Shown here: piece by piece, positions 58,382-64,000 of the stretch | How the letters are laid out: each line of letters begins with the position of its first letter | How positions within the stretch are numbered: position 1 is the stretch's first letter | NCBI GenBank assembly: GCA_965261545.1 | Contig: CBDHDF010000004.1 | Coordinates: forward strand, 1-64,000 | Reading direction: 5' to 3' | DNA: 64,000 nt | From: Bdellovibrionales bacterium | GTDB taxonomy: Bacteria > Bdellovibrionota > Bdellovibrionia > Bdellovibrionales > UBA1609 | The notes under the pieces: model-generated | The model's database searches: none | What the model was told of the DNA's origin: nothing | The model's input: the letters and a program-made list of their open reading frames with translations, nothing else | Translations under genes and position numbers: made by a program

Positions 58382-58569
58382 GACGCCTATGTAACCCCTT
58401 TGCCCTTTTACACTTTTACCCTTTTCCAGGCGAAGCGAAGCGAGCCTCAGCGTGCCAGCCGTCAGGCTGGGCACAAGGCAAGAAGGAAGGAGAGGGAAAG
58501 GCTGAGCCCGCGGAGCGTGGCGAAAGCCAACCCTCTCTCCGTATTTAGTTTTATTTTAGTGAGAGGTGT

Positions 58570-59079
58570 ATGTTAATCAAAGTCATATCCTTGTCTTTTA
58601 ATTCGGCTCTTGGTGGTTTTGATGATGATGAAGTGAGAGAGTTTTTAAAAGATAAGGAGCTTGTTTCTTCTCGTGATTATCTATTTGTGAAGAATGAAAC
58701 ACCATATTTAGTTTTTGTACTTAAGTATTGCCCGGTTGCTCAGGATGTAGTTAAAAGTAGGTCCATCCAAAAAGAAAGAAGCTGGAAGAAGTCTTTATCT
58801 GAACACGAGATGGGATTGTTTAATTTATTAAGAGATTGGAGATCGCAGCGTTGTAAGAAAGATGGTATTCCTCCTTATGTAGTTTTAACAAACCAGCAGA
58901 TTGCTGACATAGTAAAAAGGCGACCTCAAACGCTATCAGATTTAGTTAAAATTGATGGTATAGGAAAAAATAGAGTAGACAAATATGGAAAAGATATCTT
59001 ATCCATTTCAAAGGTTATAGTTCGTGATGTTTTAAAGGACGATTCAAGTGAGTTATCAGAGCAAGAATGTTCTTCATAA
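58570..59079 (+). CDS. HRDC-domain DGR accessory protein
   Basis: LFNLLRDWR..GIPPYVVLTNQQI..RPQTLSDL..IDGIGKNRVDKYGKDIL is an HRDC signature. Confidence 0.9.
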   Translation: MLIKVISLSFNSALGGFDDDEVREFLKDKELVSSRDYLFVKNETPYLVFVLKYCPVAQDVVKSRSIQKERSWKKSLSEHEMGLFNLLRDWRSQRCKKDGIPPYVVLTNQQIADIVKRRPQTLSDLVKIDGIGKNRVDKYGKDILSISKVIVRDVLKDDSSELSEQECSS

Positions 59080-59425
59080 AAATAAAGAAGATTTAATTAT
59101 TTTTATAAAGTGGGTAGACTTTGTGAAGTGGTTATTTGTAGCGATTGATAAATTTCCTAAGAAAACTAGATTTACTTTTGTAGATCATCTTACAAATCTA
59201 TCATTACTTATTGTAGAAGATATGGTTGAAGCTCGTTATAATAAGAATAAAATATTCATTCTTAAAAGAATGAATATAAATCTTGAAAAATTGAGAATTT
59301 TATTGCGGATTTGTTTTGAACTCAAGATGATGTCACAAAAGTCCTATGAATACTCTTCTAGATCAATAAATGAGGTAGGAAAAATGATTGGTGGATGGAT
59401 GAAGCAGCAGGAGTCTCTTCTATGA
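59048..59425 (+). CDS. avd: DGR accessory variability determinant Avd
   Basis: 125-aa basic helical protein with KFPK..RF and EVGKMIGGW; ATGA-coupled to the RT. Confidence 0.9.
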   Translation: MSYQSKNVLHKNKEDLIIFIKWVDFVKWLFVAIDKFPKKTRFTFVDHLTNLSLLIVEDMVEARYNKNKIFILKRMNINLEKLRILLRICFELKMMSQKSYEYSSRSINEVGKMIGGWMKQQESLL

Positions 59426-60435
59426 AGAGAATTGGAAATATTTTTGAGGAATTAACAACCTTTGATAACCTTTTGTTAGCATCAAAAAAAGCTATGAGAA
59501 GGAAAAGAAATAAAAAACCAATATCAGAATTTTACTTTAATCTTGAGAATGAAATATTTGAAATACAAAATGAATTGATCCAAAAAACCTATCGTCCAGG
59601 CCCATATATACAATTTGAAATTAGAGAACATAAGCGAAGATTAATTTGTAGTTCGAATTTTAGAGATAGGGTGGTTCACCATTCTATTTGTAATTATTGC
59701 GATCCTGTGTTTGAAAAAAGATTTATATTTGATAGTTACGCTTGTCGCCCTGGTAAAGGAGCTCATTCTGCAGTTAGGAGATGTCAGAAATTTTCTAGAA
59801 AATTTAGGTATTTTCTGAAGTGCGATATAAAGAAATTCTTTCATAGTATAAATCATGACATTTTAAAAGAATTATTGAGAAAGAACTTTAAAGATGAAGA
59901 TTTTTTGAATCTATTGGATTTAATTATTGATAATAAGGTGCCTGGCAATTTGGATAGAATGGGTCTCCCCATAGGGATTCTCACAAGTCAGAATTTTGCT
60001 AATTTTTATTTAGATTATTTGGATCATTTTGTTAAAGAACATATCAGAATTCCGAGCTACCTACGTTATATGGATGATTTTATATCATTTTCAAATGATA
60101 AGTATGAACTAAATAAATATCATCAAAAAATAGAAGGATTTCTTGCAGAAACTCTGAATCTTAGCCTTAAAGAAAGAGTAACTAAGCTAGCTCCTGTGTC
60201 AGAGGGCATTCCCTTTCTTGGTTTTAATATTTATCCATCAATCGTTAGAATCAAGCGAGAAAATTTGGTGCGAATGAGAAATAAAATAAGGCGCAAAGAA
60301 GAAGAATATATTAAAGGGATCATTTCCGAGAGATCACTCGTTCAATCTGTTAATAGTGTGATTGGTCACGTTGCCCATGTTAATTCTAAGGAGGTGAGAA
60401 AAGATATTTTTACAAGTTCTTTAAAAATGGCGTGA
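59422..60435 (+). CDS. DGR reverse transcriptase, intact
   Basis: [32 protein letters not shown] (GxxxSQ), RYMDD, FLGF; compact (337 aa) with no maturase or endonuclease extension. Confidence 0.96.
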   Translation: MKRIGNIFEELTTFDNLLLASKKAMRRKRNKKPISEFYFNLENEIFEIQNELIQKTYRPGPYIQFEIREHKRRLICSSNFRDRVVHHSICNYCDPVFEKRFIFDSYACRPGKGAHSAVRRCQKFSRKFRYFLKCDIKKFFHSINHDILKELLRKNFKDEDFLNLLDLIIDNKVPGNLDRMGLPIGILTSQNFANFYLDYLDHFVKEHIRIPSYLRYMDDFISFSNDKYELNKYHQKIEGFLAETLNLSLKERVTKLAPVSEGIPFLGFNIYPSIVRIKRENLVRMRNKIRRKEEEYIKGIISERSLVQSVNSVIGHVAHVNSKEVRKDIFTSSLKMA

Positions 60436-60445
60436 TGATCATTTT

Positions 60446-60570
60446 AATGGCTCTAACCGTATTATACGTGGTGGCAGTTGGAACAACAACGCTCGCAACC
60501 TGCGCTCTTCCAATCGTAACAACGATCGGCCTGATAATCGCTGGAACAATATCGGTTTCCGCCTTGTGAG
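60446..60570 (+). ncRNA. DGR template repeat (TR)
   Basis: AAC-rich copy of both VRs 10 bp after the RT stop; 12 AAY codons in the VR frame. Confidence 0.96.
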
Positions 60571-60697
60571 TACATAGCTGTGTATAAAGTAAGAGTGAAT
60601 TGCCAGGAAATGTCGTTTATGGACTGCATTTGTGTGCCTAGGCTATGTCCAGATCATCATCCTGCGCTGATATTGTGTATCAGACAAATAAATCTAT

Positions 60698-60745
60698 AGT
60701 CATTGCGCTGAGTAGGTTATTCTTGAAAATCGCAATGACTTTTTT
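60698..60745 (+). terminator. Probable intrinsic terminator of the DGR transcript
   Basis: AGTCATTGCG...CGCAATGACT followed by TTTTT; the loop is long. Confidence 0.6.
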
Positions 60746-60778
60746 GCACGACATGCTTTTCTATGAGACAAATGGGGT

Positions 60779-62017
60779 GTGAGCCGTTGCACTGTTTTTA
60801 GGAAACTTCAATTAGATATGAGACATTTTGGACAAATTGGGATGGTTTTATTGATGGCTTTGCTGGCTGGAGGTATCATGCTGTGGAAACACCATGAGTT
60901 CAAAAGCAATACATCTTCACAAAGTAAAGATCAAGAAGTCGTGAAAGAAGGTGCCACAGCTTCAAAGACGACTCATCAAGAGAAAGTTCATGGAGCTGTG
61001 ACCATTGATATTCACATGTTAGAGGCTCGTCATGATGGAAAGAGGTGGGAGCTTTGGGCAGATCGTAGTGAACGATATAAGGGTGGCAAGGATTTTTATT
61101 TAGAGGGAATTCGAGTGAACTTCCCCTCGGATCAAACCTTTGCTTTTAAAGTGAAAGGAAATAAAGGGGTTATTAATTTGGGCACCATGGATATGAATAT
61201 TTATGGCAATGTTGTCGTTCGGTCGACAAATGGAGACACTTTTAAAACTCAAACTCTCTTTTATTCTTCAAAACTACGTCATTTGAAGGGTGAAACACCT
61301 GTTGAAATGCGATTCCAATACAGTCCAGAAAGAGGCTCTAAAGGACCCCTTCTTCTTGACAAGGATGTAAGTTTGGTGGGCTCAAAGATTTTGATTGATT
61401 TAGATCCATCGCAGACAGAAATCTACGGGAGCGTGGTCTTGAAGGGAACCCTTAAAAAAGAAGGAATATTTACCATAAGAAGTGAGAAAGTCATTTTTGA
61501 TAACAAATCGGCAGTGACCCAATTTTTAGGTGATGTGCAAATTCATGTAGGAACTATTAAAGTGTTAGCCCCCCAGGCTCAATTTCAATATAAGAAGGAG
61601 ACAGGCGCTATTGTAAACTTTGTTGTCAAAGGTGGAGTTAATATGGAGGGTGAGGTATCGGTAAAGAGTCAAAATTTGTCTCAGGGGTCAGAGTTAATGA
61701 AGAAGAATTCAACGAAGAAGAGTCCAACGCAAAGCTGGAGAGCTAGGACCAAAGAAGTTTTCATTGACTTGGAGAACGAAGTGTTTGTTTTAAAGGGAAG
61801 CCCCCGGGTTGTCCAAGGTGAAGGTGAGTTAAGGGGGGAGGAAATTATATTTCGTCGTGGGGGTGACGCTATTCAAATACGCAAAGTGCGAGCTAAAATT
61901 GACAAGGATTTTGGCAAAGACCTTGGCAAAGCCTTCGATAAAAGCCTTGGGAAGGGGGTTGGTAAGGAGCTTGGTGAGGACTCTGGTAAAGAGCCTAAAG
62001 AAACATCTGCACCATAA
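60779..62017 (+). CDS. LptC/LptA(OstA)-like LPS export protein
   Basis: N-terminal TM, WELWA, GNVVV..FKTQTLFY, LKGSPRVVQG..LRGEEI jellyroll patterns. Confidence 0.7.
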   Translation: MSRCTVFRKLQLDMRHFGQIGMVLLMALLAGGIMLWKHHEFKSNTSSQSKDQEVVKEGATASKTTHQEKVHGAVTIDIHMLEARHDGKRWELWADRSERYKGGKDFYLEGIRVNFPSDQTFAFKVKGNKGVINLGTMDMNIYGNVVVRSTNGDTFKTQTLFYSSKLRHLKGETPVEMRFQYSPERGSKGPLLLDKDVSLVGSKILIDLDPSQTEIYGSVVLKGTLKKEGIFTIRSEKVIFDNKSAVTQFLGDVQIHVGTIKVLAPQAQFQYKKETGAIVNFVVKGGVNMEGEVSVKSQNLSQGSELMKKNSTKKSPTQSWRARTKEVFIDLENEVFVLKGSPRVVQGEGELRGEEIIFRRGGDAIQIRKVRAKIDKDFGKDLGKAFDKSLGKGVGKELGEDSGKEPKETSAP

Positions 62018-62241
62018 GAAAAGCAAATCAAAACTCCTAGGTTCATCTATATCGAGGACCCATCTTCGCAGTTCATAATGGTGGACATTAGATGGCGATG
62101 GTACATGATTACATGATTATGGTGATACTGGTTGCGGGCGAGGCTGCATCAAAAACTATTGCGGCACATATTGCAGCGCACCTAGTCTTTGTTTTTCTTG
62201 TTTTTACTGATTGACGTCTTAAGTACGCTATCTGTACATCT

Positions 62242-63237
62242 GTGTGGGTGTCTTCACTGTCCATGAACTCGCAGGTGTACAAAAATATTTGTGTGATGTA
62301 CCGCCCTAGGAAGGAAGAAGCTCTCACTCTTGCGAAAGAGCTTGCCAACTGGCTTATTGAAAAAGGCATAAGTGTTTACAGTCATCCCCAACAAAGAATT
62401 TTCCCTGAGATTCCCGCTCTAAGTTCCGTCCCTAAAGCTTCGCTTTCTGGAGGTTCTTCTTCTGAGCCTCTGCTCTTTGGGGCCTTACCTTCTGAGTCTT
62501 CGCCCCCTGGAGTCTTATCTTCTGAAGCTTTGCCTTCCCTTTCCTCACAGGCTATGGATCTCTTTGTGGTTCTTGGTGGAGATGGGACCTATTTGGAGGC
62601 GATAAGGATTCTTGAGGGTTGCCCCACTCCCATTCTCGGTGTGAATTTGGGGGGGCTGGGATTTCTGACTCAAATTCGTTCGGATGCTCTCTACTCCACC
62701 ATGGAGATGGTTTTAAAAAGTCAAATGGAAATGCGGCCTCGTACCATGCTTCATCTTCAAGTGAAAAGGGGAGGCCAAATTCTTAAACAACTTTGTGCTC
62801 TTAACGATTTGGTCATAGAAAGAGGGACCATCAGCCAACTTATTGGTATGTCTCTTTTTAGCAACCAACAACAAGTCTACCATCTCAAGGCCGATGGTGT
62901 TGTCACAGCGACACCTACGGGTTCCACAGCTTACAATCTAGCGGCAGGAGGTCCCATACTCCACCCCTTTGTGGCGGCTTTTGTCGTCACTCCCATTTCT
63001 CCCCATTCGCTGACATCGAGGCCCCTGCTTTTTCCCGATGACCAAACCTTGTCCTATAAAATTGACAAGGGACAGAGAGCGCAGCTTAATGTCGATGGGA
63101 AAGTGCTCACAGAAATCACAGGGGAGGATGAAGTCATTGTTCAAAAGTCAAAATATGTTCATCAAGTGTTAAGAAAACCCACCCATGATTACTTTCAACT
63201 TCTTAGGGAAAAGTTGCGCTTTGGTGAAAGAGATTGA
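62242..63237 (+). CDS. nadK: NAD kinase
   Basis: LGGDGT, GVNLGGLGFL, TPTGSTAYNLAAGGP. Confidence 0.95.
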   Translation: MWVSSLSMNSQVYKNICVMYRPRKEEALTLAKELANWLIEKGISVYSHPQQRIFPEIPALSSVPKASLSGGSSSEPLLFGALPSESSPPGVLSSEALPSLSSQAMDLFVVLGGDGTYLEAIRILEGCPTPILGVNLGGLGFLTQIRSDALYSTMEMVLKSQMEMRPRTMLHLQVKRGGQILKQLCALNDLVIERGTISQLIGMSLFSNQQQVYHLKADGVVTATPTGSTAYNLAAGGPILHPFVAAFVVTPISPHSLTSRPLLFPDDQTLSYKIDKGQRAQLNVDGKVLTEITGEDEVIVQKSKYVHQVLRKPTHDYFQLLREKLRFGERD

Positions 63238-63294
63238 TGTGAAGAGGATGTGAAGAACAAGTACAGGGTATGAACAAGTACGGGTAGGAGAGTC

Positions 63295-64000
63295 ATGCTT
63301 CTTGAATTGAGAGTGAAAGACTTTGCCATTATTGACAGTATTCACATTTCCTTTGGAGTTGGTCTCAATATTCTCAGTGGAGAAACGGGAGCGGGAAAAT
63401 CTGTCATTTTGAAAAGCCTCTCCCTTTTAATGGGCATGAATCAAAAAAATCTGTCTAAGATCGTTAAGTCCACAGCTTCACGTGCGACGGTGGAGGGATC
63501 CTTCGATTTGGGGGCACGGAGGGATATTTTACAAAGGTTGGATGAAATGGGAGTGGACTGCCCTGACGAACACCTTGTTGTACGGCGCATCATTTCCATA
63601 CAGGGAAAAAACCGTGTCTATCTCAATGGGCACATCAGCCCCTTAGCCCACCTCAAAGATATTGTGGCTCCACTTATTGAGGTCACGGGGGCGCCTCTCA
63701 TTGAAATGACAGGTCAGCATGATAGTTTGCATTTGCAATTGCGAGCCTACCAGCTAGATACCCTGGATCAATACACAGGAGTTTGGCCCCTTCGCTGTCA
63801 GGTTGGAGAAAATTATCTTCAAATTAAAAGGCTCAACGAAAATTTGCAATCACTTAGGGAGCAGGCACTCAATCATACTCAACAATTGGACTTCTTAACC
63901 TACCAAAGGGATGAAATAAAAGCCATGAATCTTCAGAAGGGTGAAGAGGAGGAGTTGGAAATATCTGTGAGGCGCATGAAAAATTCTTCACGCTTTTTGG
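63295..64000 (+). CDS. recN: DNA repair protein RecN, partial (absent from the ORF track)
   Basis: Hand translation MLLELRVKDFAIID..GLNILSGETGAGKS; follows nadK. Confidence 0.92.
   Translation, partial: MLLELRVKDFAIIDSIHISFGVGLNILSGETGAGKSVILKSLSLLMGMNQKNLSKIVKSTASRATVEGSFDLGARRDILQRLDEMGVDCPDEHLVVRRIISIQGKNRVYLNGHISPLAHLKDIVAPLIEVTGAPLIEMTGQHDSLHLQLRAYQLDTLDQYTGVWPLRCQVGENYLQIKRLNENLQSLREQALNHTQQLDFLTYQRDEIKAMNLQKGEEEELEISVRRMKNSSRFL

Larger units (their letters stand above)
55144..58394 (+). pseudogene. DGR target gene, right copy (lipoprotein, FGE/CLec domain), interrupted by IS4
   Basis: LPSC lipobox. Removing 55829-57239 plus one TSD restores ..LPTLGPKEARQ.. in frame. VR at the 3' end. 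Confidence 0.92.

Noticed and set aside
59422..60435. Group II intron or retron RT
   Set aside because: GxxxSQ motif, adjacent Avd and a TR/VR pair; no maturase domain or intron ends seen.

Overview
Bacterial chromosomal window centred on the replication origin: parB-parA-mnmG-mnmE-jag-yidC-yidD-rnpA-rpmH <> dnaA-oriC-dnaN-recF-gyrB-gyrA, plus suf, secA, phoBR and others. Gene order suggests a Bdellovibrionota-like organism (inference). This ~42-kb core is bracketed by two inverted copies of a ~4-kb diversity-generating retroelement (DGR): lipoprotein target with a C-terminal FGE/CLec domain and variable repeat (VR), then HRDC, Avd, reverse transcriptase and template repeat (TR). The right copy has intact HRDC, Avd, RT and a 125-bp TR (60446-60570). 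By hand alignment the two VRs differ from this TR at 14 and 13 positions, all at TR adenines and in different patterns. Both target genes are damaged as written. All six delimited insertion elements in the window (2 IS21, 2 IS4, 1 ISNCY-like, one 187-bp MITE) lie within the two DGR copies, several of them nested. All alignments were done by eye; no database searches were run.
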